DNA of 62,580 bases, filler included. It is 11 parts of 11 records of this genome, joined end to end, with 100 filler letters (N's around TTAATTAATTAA, not from the genome) between each part and the next. Parts side by side here need not be neighbours in the genome. Positions count along the whole stretch, not along the records: positions 33,423 to 37,238 come from SRR7504441_5316; positions 37,339 to 45,201 come from SRR7504441_5317; 9 more parts are not named here. One strand, given 5' to 3'. A program made the translations under genes and the position numbers. The notes under the pieces are model-generated. The model worked only from the letters and a program-made list of their open reading frames with translations, searched no databases and was not told where the DNA came from. Of the stretch, positions 33,423 to 45,301 are shown one piece after another. Within the stretch, counting starts at the first letter, position 1; every line of letters begins with the position of its first letter.

Positions 33423-36400
33423 GTTTGGTTCGCTGCCCAGCCAATCAGACGTGCGTAAGCCTCGGTCGGTGCTGCGTGCAGCACTGCTGCAGCACAACCC
33501 TCGCCAAGAACTGTTCCATCCGCAGTCTGATCAAGAGGTTGCATTCGACCTGAGCAAGACCAGATGCCCAGCTCCCACAGCGAGACTGCAAAATCTGGCC
33601 GTAACAGCATTGACACTCCAGCCACGACTGCACTTTCACAAACTCCAGCTGAGAGCTGTTCTGCTGCATGGTGGATCCCAAGATATCCGGAGGAGCAAGT
33701 TGCTTCGATATTCATGTGCGGACCATCGACGCGCAGTGAAGCTGATACGTATCGTGCAACATAGTGTGATGGTGTCGGCGTTATGAAGTCGCTTGTAGCA
33801 GCTGCGGTGAACACTCCCATTCTGGTGAGACTTCGACCTTCGATCAAACCAGCATCAGCACGAGCAGCAGAGGCAGCAATGCTCATTAATCCCAAGTGAG
33901 TATCAGTCCCATTGTTGCTTGCAGCGCGAGAAACTCGTCCTGCGCTCATCACGGTGCTTGACGTAAGGAATGCGCCCCGAAAGAGTGGAGCAGGGACACG
34001 TGCAGCTTGAAACGCACTAGTCCATCGTTGAGGCGGGTTGTCGGAAATGTAGGCATGTTGTGTGCTCAAGGCATTCCACACCTGCGTGGCAGAGACTGAA
34101 CCTTGAGCGTGGAAACAAGCCATGCCAATCAAAGCTATAGAGCACGCGCACTGGTCTCGAGGGGCCTTTGTGAGACGCTCGAGCTTTGCAGTTCCTGCTC
34201 CAGATTTAGCGAGCAACTGTGCCTGAATCAGTGTTGCCAGATCATTGATGCTAGGATGTTCCAACAGTGTTACAGATGAGACTTTGCATTGAAATGCTCG
34301 TTCAAGAGATGCCGCAAATTCGACTGCAGCTAAGGAGTCGAGAATGCCATTCATCAATGCAGTGTCTGAGTCTATGCCGATTGTGAAACCGCTCACCTCT
34401 TCTGCTAATATGGCAATTCTGTCAATTATGCATCCTCGCTGCTCGCTGTCAACGAGTTCCTGGAGTATCGGTCCTGATCCTTCAGTGGATGAGTTGAAAG
34501 CTTCCGCTTGCTCGCTGACAAACCCACTTGATTTTGGCAACCTGCTATCGAGGACGTGTATCCCTTGTAAGAGAGCTGGCTCCCTGGTGCTCGCCAAAAG
34601 TGGCGTGGCCATGATAGTCAGATGATAAAACCAGGCACTGCTCAACGCTTGGAACCCCAAAGCGGCAGAAGAGCTTGGGCCTGCCCGGCTAGCAGAAGAC
34701 CAAACACCCCACTGCAGTCGTACAGCAGCCTGGCCACGACACCGAAGTTGTTGCACAAATCCATCCACTGCAGAGTTCGCCGAAGAATTAGATGACTGGC
34801 CAGGGCATCCTATCGCGCCAGCTATAGAGGAGATCACTGCCAGGCAGTCTAAGGATCTGCATTGTGTGAATCTCTTGAGGTGCTCAGCGCCATCGACTTT
34901 GGGGCTTGTGGCCTTTTGGAAGCTGGCGAGCTGCTGGTTCTCAATCAGTCCCTCTGAGAGCACACTTGCGCTGTGCACGAGGGCGCACAGCGATGGAACT
35001 CCAGCAAGCAGCTGTTGCATTTGGTTGAGCTGTGTGACATTGCAAGCAGTTGCCTCAACCCAGGCCCACGGCCCACTCTGGAGTCGTGCAAGTAGTGTCT
35101 GACCACATAAATCCTTGACTGCGCCACTTCGAGATGTCAGGACCAGGCGCAACACACTATGGCACTCGACTAACCAGCACGCTGTCACCAACCCGAGGCC
35201 ACCCAGCCCGCCAGTGATGACAAAGGACCCTGCAGATTGTGTTGGTTTAAGTGGGAGCCGGCCGAGAGCTACAGGGCACGCTGCAGTTGCGACAAAGACA
35301 GTCTGGCCCTCCAAGGCACCAGGTTCACTGAGCTGTGGCTGCGCTGAACCTGGTGCCAGGTCAAACCCACTGAGCTTGAACCATGCGTCCCACTGGTCCC
35401 GGGACTGCGCGGCGAACTTACGGCCGTCACTGAACAGCCACCACCCCTCAGTTAGGCCCCACGTGCAGTCTGCCACTGCTGTATCTCGTGTCTCTGTCAC
35501 TTCAGACAGTACTAACATCCCAGCTGGACGTAGGAGCCGGTGTGTGTTGGTGAGTGTCTCTGTGAGATCTTTAGTTGCATGTAAAACATTTGTAGCTAAT
35601 ACAGCATCAAAGCTGTGTGGCGGAATCCCCTGTTGGGCCGGATCCAGTTCAACATTGAAGATGCTATAGCGGACAAATGGGAAGCGACTTTGCCAGCGCT
35701 GGCGTGCCCTCTTCAGAAACGCATTGGAGAGGTCGGTAAACCAATACTCCGAAGACCATGAGGGCAGGACAGGTAGTACACCGGTAGTAGTCCCACCAGT
35801 ACCCCCACCAATCTCGAGCAGTCTGAGATGAGCCTGTTCTCCTACAGTGCAGTCGACCAGTGCCTCGACAGCAGTGGCCACCAGTATGTTATAAAATTTA
35901 GCTGAAGGCGAGTCCGCATACACGGCTTCGGCCTCATCCATGCTACCTCCAGGAAATAGCAACTGCAGGGGATCTTGTACGCCTCTCAGCACAGCTGCAA
36001 GTCTTGGGCCACACCTGCACACATTGAGATTACATGCGCGTAACGCTTAAATGCGCAAGCTACCTGGATAACATAGCAATAGAGGTTTCCACCTCGGGAA
36101 ATTCTGAAATTACTTGCTCACGTGTCATTGGGATTGAGAGCTCCTGCTTGCTACTCAGTCTTGTGTGCCAGCGATGCCACAATTTGCGATGGTGCTCGTG
36201 GTGAACTTCTGAGGCGTCCATGGTTTCCATGGCCTTCCAAAGATATTGTCGAGCCAGTGCTTCCTGAGCTAACGCGCACGCACCCAGCCGCTCCAAGTCG
36301 AGACGCTGACTAGCCGTCACAGCAGCAATTTGGAGTGCTGCTCGGCGCGCAACCTCAAGTGCAGCAATTGGGAGCCGTGGACTCGTGTGTGGTGTTGGTG

Positions 36401-37238
36401 CAGCTGTACCCTCTATTGAACTCATAACCATCCTGCGGCCATAGCACAGGCCATGCTGTAAAACACTCTCAAGCTCGTGACTCCTAGCCTCATGCAAATA
36501 ACTTTCGTTGATGTCAAACGAGTCGATACAACAAATTTTAAGCTCTTGGTGCTCACTGCGAACTGAGCGGGCGAGGCCCCAGACTACACCTTGCAGCCAC
36601 CCACTACAGATCTCTGCAAGCTGAACGCCACCTGGGTTCTGTGAGCGCACCGTTAAAATGACCATGGATGCTTCGTTTGCGTCATTCTGACATAGCAGAG
36701 CTTGGGTCAGCTGAAGTACGTCGCTCAGCACGTCACGTGCAGCAACAGCGACCTCGAGGGCACCAGTGTACCAAATCTCCTCGTCCAATTGAGGTAGCAA
36801 GGCTATGTCCGACGCCAGGACATCACAGTGCGAATATGTTACAGGAAATCCCACATCAAACGATGTATCTGGTGCCATGCTGACCCACTCGACCTGCCAG
36901 AGGACTTGACAATCGGTGCGCCTGACATCGTCAGCAAGCTGCACAACAAGTTGGCTGTGGCAGAGGTAGCTGATTCCACCGCCTTCGACGAAAGAGTTTA
37001 GATACAAGTCTGGAAGGTAGTACCAGTCGTCGATGTCATGAAGAAGGTTCCATGCAATGCCCTGCTTTCGACTCCTTTGCTGTGGGGATCCAATCTTCTT
37101 GACAAGAGTGACTGCTGCATGCTGTGTCCACTGGCCCTCGGCCTTACTGGCTTCAATACTACACATTACAACGGAACCACTGAACTCAGCTGCAGTAATC
37201 CGCACCACCACTGGCGTCACGCCATCCAGCACAAGCAT
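33423..37238 (-). CDS. Modular type I polyketide synthase fragment (partial DH, C-methyltransferase, KR, ACP, KS); truncated at both ends; one intron near 36013-36059
   Basis: MT LLEIGGGTGGTT and FDAVLATNVLHAT; KR VITGGLGGLG; ACP GILDSLAAVEF; KS IALIGMAC, GPHMNIEATCSS, DGTVLGEGCAAAVL. Confidence 0.92.
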
Positions 37239-37426
37239 NNNNNNNNNNNNNNNNNNNNNNNNNNNNNNNNNNNNNNNNNNNNTTAATTAATTAANNNNNN
37301 NNNNNNNNNNNNNNNNNNNNNNNNNNNNNNNNNNNNNNACGCAAAGGGGCAGTACTCAATGAGTTAATTAATAATGATTACTTGATTGAAATGAAATACT
37401 TTTACGGGCACGGATCTGACTTCATA

Positions 37427-38992
37427 TCAATCTTCAGCCTTTGACCACTTCCTGGACCACTTGGCAGGCCCTGTGGCCCTTGGCCGGGCCCAAACTCCAG
37501 ACCTGGATACTGTGCCACTGATTGAGTTGTCTTGCACCGACAGTGACTCTAGCGTGGTGAGCGAGCAGAGCTCCACAGGCAAGGTTCCAGACATGCTGTT
37601 ACTAAACACGTTCAGGGTCTCGAGAACTGTGAGCGGGCTCAGGACACTTGGTATTGTGCTAGAAAATCGGTTTGAAAAGAAGTTGAGGTGAAGCAATCTT
37701 GTCAACGAACCCAGCTCACCTACCAAAAGAGCTCAGCTCTCCTCACATTTACAACCCAGCTCACTCGGAATAGTGCCTGAAAGCGAGTTTGCGTCCAGTT
37801 GAACCACGTAAGCGGCAGTGAGTGCCGACCAAGCACTGGGTGCGGTCCCACTCAGAGAATTCAATGAGAAGGTGAACTCATCAAGTGCCGTGAGCGAGAG
37901 CAGCTCCGGAGGGATGGTGCCGCTGATTGTTGTGTTGGAGATCCTCAGCCGCGGGCAGAGAGTGAGTGACGAGAGTGTGCTCGGTATTGTCCCTGAGAGT
38001 CCAGGGACTGTAATAACGTAGAACATATAATCTGAGATAGCAGTCAAAGAGCCGAGCTCACCTGCCCAAAGAGCTCAGCTCTCCTCGCATCTACAAGCCA
38101 CACACTCGGCAGTGTTCCTGAAAGCGAGTTCTGCAGCAGAGTGAAGATCTGCAGGGAGGTATGAGCTGAGCCCATAAAGCTTGGTATGGTGCCACTGTAT
38201 CTGGAACGCCAGATACGGAGACTTTGGAGTTGGGTGAGTGCGCTCAGTGTGGCTGGGAGAGTGCCACTGATCTCATTGGAAGCGACAGTGAGTTGTTGCA
38301 GCAGCGTCAGTGAGCCGAGAATTGGAGGGAGGGTGCCACTGAGCGGATTTGATTCTAGTTTCAATTGCAAGATCGAAGTCCAGCTCCCAAGCTGAGACGG
38401 TACCGTGCCTGACATGGAGTTTGACTGCACCGTGAAGGATTTCATTGTTGTGCAGCTGCTAACTGTATCAGAGATAGTTCCACTTATGCGATTGCCAGTA
38501 AAAGCTACTTGCGACAAACTAGTCAGTAAAGCCATTTCGCTCGGGAGTGTCCCAGACAGCGAGTTGCCTTCAAACCACAAGGACACAAGTTGAGTCAGTG
38601 ATCCGAGCGAACTCGGAATCGAGCCAGTTAGCCCGTTCGAATTGACCAGGCTGCCCATCCTGTCAAGCCCCGATTAGGCGGGCGCGACCCACATTGAGCG
38701 CGGCACGTCACTGTCGCACCGGACCAATGGCTCCTCACCCGAGTTTGTCCAGTCACAATAGTCTCCAGAGCACCAGTTGGTGTTAACAGTCCAGCTGGAC
38801 CCGCCTGCAGACAGCGGCTCTCAGATTATAAATAAACGGAGGGCAATAACCGGTGGCGGTGTAAAACTCCACCAGAGCATCGCAGTACGTCGGACCATCA
38901 GTCGGGGCGGAGCTCGGGGCCGAGCATGGGCACCCCAGCGCCACCGGCAACAGAATGCCGAGAAGAGTCTGGAGCCTAGGCATGGCGGGCAT
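37427..38992 (-). CDS. Secreted LRR protein with plant-type 24-aa repeats; multi-exon
   Basis: Signal peptide MPAMPRLQTLLGILLPVALG; repeated NxLSGTLPSxLGSLTxL. Confidence 0.88.
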
Positions 38993-39091
38993 GGGGCCCC
39001 GCTGAAGAGCAACTGCTTGACTAATTTTTTATTGGCGCAACGCTCAACAACGTCAATCTGTGGGGCAGGTGGAGGGTGAGCCTCCCGGTGA

Positions 39092-42000
39092 ATGGGTTCG
39101 TCGAGCTCGAAGCAGGACGAGCGGGCAGCCGGCCCGGCCGGCCAGCCCGAGAGCGTTGTGGTGGGGCCGTCCAGTGCTGAGGAGGTTGTGCCGCTGGAGG
39201 ATCTGCAGGCCAGGCTGCGGGCGGTGAGCAAGCTGGTGGATGCCCCTGGCGAGCTGGTGGTGCTGCTGGTCAACAACCCAGAGATCGTCGGGCTGGTGCA
39301 ACCGCTGATGTCCCTGTCCGCGATAGACGACAGGGAGCTGCTCCAGGTGCCTGCGGGCGAGGTCCGCCGGATGATAGCCCCGAGCAACCTGCCGTATTCG
39401 CTCACCTTCAGCTCGCCGGACAGCCGGCGCACCATCTCGCACAGCTTTGGGGTGCACGCGGCGGTCGGGATCCGGTTCATGGCGCGGGTGGATGTGGTCC
39501 AGCGGGAGCTCACCGAACTCAAGCGTCAGCTCGACGCGCACCCGCAGGGCTGGTGCAGCCGGGCCACTCAGCTAGCGGCCGAGCGGGACGCCATAGAGGA
39601 GGCCGAGAAGGATCGGCTGGCGGACAAGAGAAGGATGCCGATCGCCAGCCGGCAGGAGGAGCGGGCGGTGGAGACTGGGGTGGACCCGTCGGACATGTCC
39701 TACTGGAGTCCGCTGCTGTATGAGGTGCTCGTGACCAACCAAGTCGACTTGGACGAATGGGAGAAGGCCGACCAGGCCAGGGCCAAGCTGGACCTCGGCG
39801 GACTGATGGCGCTGGCCGAGATCCGCAATCAGACTAGCAATCGGCAGCAGGTGCCGGCCTGGCGAGCGGCCGGGGCAGTCGGGCGGCAGGAGACCACAGG
39901 CGATCGGATCCTGCCTGGAGATCTGGTGGACGTCACGCTCACGCGCGATGATCGGGTGGCCGCTCCCGCCGCCTGCTGGCCCTGACAGCCCTGCGCAGAC
40001 GGAGGCTGGGCTTGAAGGCTGGTCCAAAACAGCGAGGGGTGAGGTGGCCTACACCAATCACAAGGCCAGTACGGTGCCCGGCCTGCCGGCCCACAGCCCA
40101 GCCGCGGGCCAGGTGCGGCTGCTCAACTCCGAGAAGCCGCTCCAAGGGGTCGAGCACGCGCGGCTGGCCAAGGCCCCGGCGTGCAGCCGCCCTGCGGATG
40201 ACATGTATGAAATGGAGCCGTTTGGGAGCGGCAATACAGTCGTTATTGAGGTCTGTTGCCCGCGCATTATCGGGCTGATCTGTGGCTGCAGCCTGGCTCG
40301 TTCAGCACCAAGTACGGCCTCGGGCGGGACACGGCGCCTCGTGTGATGCGGAGCATGGTCATCCGAGTGCCGGAGGAGGCCGTCTGTGAGTGGGAGAGCG
40401 CGACTTGTTCATGCGCGATTGGTCTGACGGCGAGCGACTGCGTGTGCGACGTGTTCGAGCTGGACAGAGAGCTGCTCGGGCGGGTGGCTGGCGGGCCGGC
40501 TGGTTGGTGAGCCGGTTGGGCAGCTGGATGCGAGCCTGAGGAAGGGGGGCCCGAGATATCTTGTGGGCAACCAGGCTGAGGTCGAATCGGCTCTGCCAGC
40601 CCGCTGAGTGTGGCCAACAGGCTCTCAAGGAGAGGTATGACGCAGTGATGCCACACGCGCATGGCGGGCACCAGTGCTACCCGCACAGGAATAAGACGCA
40701 TCTGTGGGGCCACAGCATCTGCTCGCACCCGGTCCAGCGCTCGAGAATCGTGGACCTCGACTACGACGGCGGGCTTGGCCCGAGCTTCGAGCTCATGCTG
40801 GAGCACATCATCACCGAGTTGACCACCCCCGCGTCAGCCACATTCGGCAGGCCTGACATGACGCGCAACTCTGCTCTCTGGGACGAGTTTGTTGAGGAGA
40901 CCGAGCTCATGCTGGTGGAGGGTTCTGGGATGGCAGAGCAGAGATTCGAGGTCGATCTGCCCAGGTGGCTCGTGTCTCATGCAGACCGGCGCAGGTATCG
41001 GAGCTCGTGCTCGAGCAGATCGGCGCTAAGGTAAGCCTGGGCTGGGGGCCGCTCGAGCGCTGCGCAGGCGGTCAGCTTTGCGCCTCAGACCCTCATGTCT
41101 CTGTTCGGCACCGGCCGTGTGACCGGCACCGTGGTCAATTTCGGCTGGCAGACTACCCAGTTCACAAGTAGCTCTGGGCGGCTGTTGCGGGCCGATGGCT
41201 GGTGCAGGTGTGGTTGGAGGCCTGCCGCTCAGTTTCCGCTGGGCAGGCTGCACCGGCTCGATCAGCTCTGGGACAGCCGACTTTGATGTTGCAGGCACCA
41301 TGCTCTCTAGGAAGAAGAAGATCCTCAGGGCGCCGGACAACCAGCCGTTGGTGGAGTTTGTACCAACCGCAGCCGAGAGCTATGCAAATCAAGCTGCCGA
41401 TGCGGTGCACGGCTGTTTGGTCGACTTGCCAAGGTGGCCCGGGTTGGTGCCTACTGGCTGAGCTCGCTTCAGGTCGTTTGCATGGCGCGGTGTGACTCAG
41501 GTGAGCATGAGCAGCCGTGGAACTCACTGGGGACAGGACGCTGCGTTCGGGCGAGTCACAGCAGACGTGAACGAGTTGGTGTCGAATGTGCTGCTCACTG
41601 GCGGGGTCCTCCACAACGCTCAGCCGGCCATGCGCATTCCGGAGCTCTTTTGCAACCGAATGGCCGAGCTGGTGCGCTTGCTGCTAGGCCCGCCCCATGC
41701 TGCTGGCCAGGCTGTGCCGTCTCGGCTCCGGAAGAAGCCATATTGGGCCCCAGAGCGAGTGTCGGCTTGCGTGGCTCAGAATCCGGACCAGGCGAGCTCG
41801 CATGCCTGCCCGTGCAGAGAGCCGGGCGCAGTGTGCTTGGCTGGGCGCAGCAGGAATGATGTGCATGCCCAGCAGGCCGGCGCACGGTGCGACTCCAGTG
41901 CCCGGCGCCGCAAGAGCGAGCTCTGTGCGCCAGGGCTGCAGAAGAAGGAGTTTGCCGAGCTCGGCAAGTCGGGCTTCAAACGGATGCTCGCCTGGGATGC

Positions 42001-42350
42001 CATGCCGGCCTTCTGGCCGATGGCAGGGTCAGCCTGCCCGCGTTGCTGCTTGGATGACCTGGCCCTTTGTCAGAGGCGAGCCTGTATCTACGAATCAGCT
42101 CAAGAGCTGGCAAGAGCCTGCTTGCGATACGGCTGTGACTCGATCCTGTTTCTCGACGGCCAAGTCGTCGGAGGTCTGGGCGCCACCGCACCTGAAGGAC
42201 TGCTTTAGAGTTGCTACGATGGACCAAGTTAAGCCTGACCTCGAGGTGCCATCATAAGACTCTTCTGATCAGGCTTGACTATGGGGGTGCAGGCGGTGCT
42301 AGAAAAGACCGGCGGTCGAAACAACCGCCAATGCTGCTCGTTGCTTGATT
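39092..42350 (+). CDS. Highly divergent actin-related protein with a long myristoylatable N-terminal extension; multi-exon, 3' end uncertain
   Basis: Collinear with actin: NTVVIE|PGSFSTKYGLGRDTAPRVMRSMV, HPVQRSRIVD, FELMLEHIITEL, LMLVE, LMSLFGTGRVTGTVVNFGWQTTQ, ELVSNVLLTGG, WLGAA; N-terminus MGSSSSK. Confidence 0.65.
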
Positions 42351-42567
42351 GAGCCGCGTGCCGGGTTGTGCCGGATATTGTTTTGGGTAGGCTGCAGGGC
42401 GGTTATTAAATGGAACCTTGTCTAGCTAACGCCAGCCCATCTTCTCGTGCAGACCGTAAAGTGATAAGTTGGTAAATTACTTGTGATCTCACTAGATCTC
42501 ACCAACCCGATATCTATAGACTACTTGGTACAGTACTCCGGTACTCGAGCTCATCGGTTGCATCCGC

Positions 42568-43701
42568 TCATCGAAGACATCCCGTTGGAGAGTAATAATA
42601 GCCAAACGGACACAGCGGCTGACAGAGAGCCGCTGTCTGCAGACAGCGACGTATGTCGGTCAATACGAGCTGGCGAGGCTCGGACCCCGAGCCACCAGCC
42701 CCGCTACCCAGCTGGCACCAGCCGCTGGCCCAGGCGGACGGTCGCAGGCACCAGCAGCTCGCGTACCTCATCCACCGCGCGTGCAAGCCCCGACGGGCCA
42801 GCCGGCAACCGCCCGGCCGATGGATGGACACCGGCCGCGAGGCTCCAGTGACCGGGTGTGCTGGTCCGGCCCCAGTGGCTGAGCTGCAGTCAGGTCGGCC
42901 GCTGACCCCTCAGACGGTCCGCCGGTCGGGCTTTACAATCCTCGTCTCAGGAGGGCCAGCCCCGGCGGCGGCAAGTGGAATCGGCCCACCCCCACCCGGG
43001 GCCCACCCATGGACCAGCCGCCCGTCCCCGAGCCGAATCGCCGGGTCGGTGGGCGGCAGGCCCACAAGCGGAAGCCGGGCGGACGGCGCCGGGGTGCAAG
43101 GATGGACTGGGGCTCGTGCCATGGCCTCCCGCGGAGCTGCCCGCCCGTCTGCCGATCCGAGTGCGCGGCCGGGCCGGCTGCTGCTGAGCATGGGCGGACA
43201 GCGCACTGCTGGTTGCCCAGGAGGGCGGCAGCGAACCGAGTGGCCGCGTGCCCGACTATTGGAGCAAAACTGTTCCACTCAGCAGGCTGAGCCGGGAGCC
43301 TCCGGAGAGGCCGGGGGCGCCGTTCTACTGCAGGAGGCTCGAGACGCCCGACCACCGTGTCCCGACGATGGCGGTGGCCCGCCGAGTGGGCAGGGAAGAC
43401 AAGCAGGTCTCTCCCGGCCGGCCGCCCCTCTCACATGCTGCAGGTACTCAGAAACGTGCCAGGCGGGCGGCTCTATCCGGTCGTACCGCCGGAACCGCCG
43501 TCGACCGGGACGCCGAGCCGCAAACCGGCAGCCCAGCCGCCAAGACTTGTGTGCACCCCGTTCCGGCAACAAGTGTCCCGGAGGAGGGACCGGTTCGCTA
43601 TCGCGCACTCGGACCCTCTTGGGAGGGACGCGCCGGTGGACGTGAGGGACTTTGTGCCGCTGCCCGAGCTTGGGCCGGTCTGGCAACTGTCTGCGTTCCA
43701 T
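42568..43701 (-). CDS. Hypothetical Arg/Pro-rich protein, multi-exon
   Basis: Chain of minus-strand ORFs from MERRQLP to YYYSPTGCLR* flanked by AT-rich spacers; no recognised domain. Confidence 0.35.
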
Positions 43702-43866
43702 GTTGCGCAACCAAACTTTTAGTGCCCGTGTTCGAAATTTAACGAATTCGAGCCATTTATCATGAGTTATTATGTTACTAAGGTGAGTCGCGCGCATTAA
43801 GCTGCGGACTAGATCTGAGCTCGACGACGTACCGCCTAGCTATTCAGGCCGTCGGCCTCGAGACCC

Positions 43867-44312
43867 TCACTTGTATAGTTTGAAATACACAATGATAAAC
43901 AGGATCACTGCCATCACTGCCTGCACGGCCACGCAGATGTTCAAGATCTGATCGCGCCGGTAGACGCATTCGAGCCGCTTTATCAGCGTGTTGGACCCCT
44001 CTATCTCGTAGTCCAGCCGTTCTACCTGTCCGGCCCGCTCGCCTGGCCCTGCCCCCACTCACAAACCTCCTTCTGGTCGCGCCTGAGATCATCGCGGTCC
44101 TGCCTGAGCTGCCCGAGCGTCCCGATCAGCTTATCCTCCGCCTCGTGGGCCGTCCGGTCCGCCGCAATGATCCGCTCGGTGTCGGTCATGTTGGAGCGGT
44201 CCACAGGCTCCCGCGGCCCGAGCAGCCCCTGCCGGCTCTCCTCCTGCGGCCGGTCAGCCCGGCCGGCGGGGGGAGCGGGTGCCGAGAGGTGTGTTCGCGA
44301 GTTGTAGCTCAT
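43867..44312 (-). CDS. Vti1-like Qb-SNARE (SNARE motif plus C-terminal TM helix); one intron
   Basis: ERIIAADRTAHEAEDKLIGTLGQLRQDRDDL..LDYEIEGSNTLIKRL followed by ILNICVAVQAVMAVILFIIVYFK. Confidence 0.7.
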
Positions 44313-44570
44313 ACTCGGCGGCTGGGTCGCGTGTTACGCCCGCTGCGGCATCCTGGAGCGCAACACGTGTGTTACGCCCGCTGGAGGATGAGTGCCCGCT
44401 GCTTGCCCTAGGCTCGAAACAACGGAACCAATCTGAATCAGCTGCAGGCACGGCCGGGTTGGAAATCACCCAAGCGCTACCTGCGACGTCCGGCGGCGAG
44501 AGAAGGAAGGCACAACACGGCCACCTGCACAGCCCAGCGGGCCATCTAACTCTCCCTGCTCTCGGCGGTC

Positions 44571-45201
44571 ATGCCCGCGGTGCGGGTGGTGGCGCTTCTT
44601 TGTGCCGTCGGGGCGGTGGCGGGGAGGCACGGGGCGGGCGGCGGCTGGCGGTTCTGGGAGCTCACCGCAAGCCGTCGCGGGGCGCCCGGGCCGGTCAGCG
44701 GTCAGTACGCCGACGCGCATCATCCCGGGTGCCTTCGGAGCATCGAAATAGACGAGGCGGAGGCTCAAGTTTGGGGCGAGGATCCAGTCGGGGCAGGCGG
44801 GCCCGGCTGCGGTCCGGGCGTGGCGGTCGAGGGATGGGGCCCGCTCGACGGGTCGGTGCTACCGTCCGGTGGGATCTTGGTGGACTTCTCGGCTAAGGGC
44901 GGGCCAGCGGGGCTAGAAGGAGAGTGGCAGGCGGCGAGTGAGTCGATCCAGTGGCCCGACGGGAACAACTGGACCCTCATACACAGCGCCAACAGCACAG
45001 CCGGGGCGGGGGGTAACGCCAGTGGCGGGAAGGCCGAGGCTGGCAACAGCTCGAGCCCATTCAGCGACATCATAGCAAACGGCAGTAGCCCCGGTCACAA
45101 TGGCAGCAGCAACGCCAGCAGTGTAGAGAATGCCAGCAGTGTAGAGAATGCCAGCAGCCGCAGCAGCAACGCCACCAGCGCAGGGAATGCCAGCAGTGCA
45201 G
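44571..45201 (+). CDS. Secreted protein with a small conserved-looking domain and a NAS-repeat stalk; 3' truncated
   Basis: Signal peptide; GQYADAHHPGCLRSI..ILVDFSAKGGP..IQWPDGNNW; repeated N-x-S/T sequons. Confidence 0.65.
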
Positions 45202-45301
45202 NNNNNNNNNNNNNNNNNNNNNNNNNNNNNNNNNNNNNNNNNNNNTTAATTAATTAANNNNNNNNNNNNNNNNNNNNNNNNNNNNNNNNNNNNNNNNNNN
45301 N

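Noticed and set aside
33423-37238. PKS contig as bacterial contamination
   Set aside because: Contains a GT-AG mini-intron of the host type and has the same CpG-poor gene-body composition
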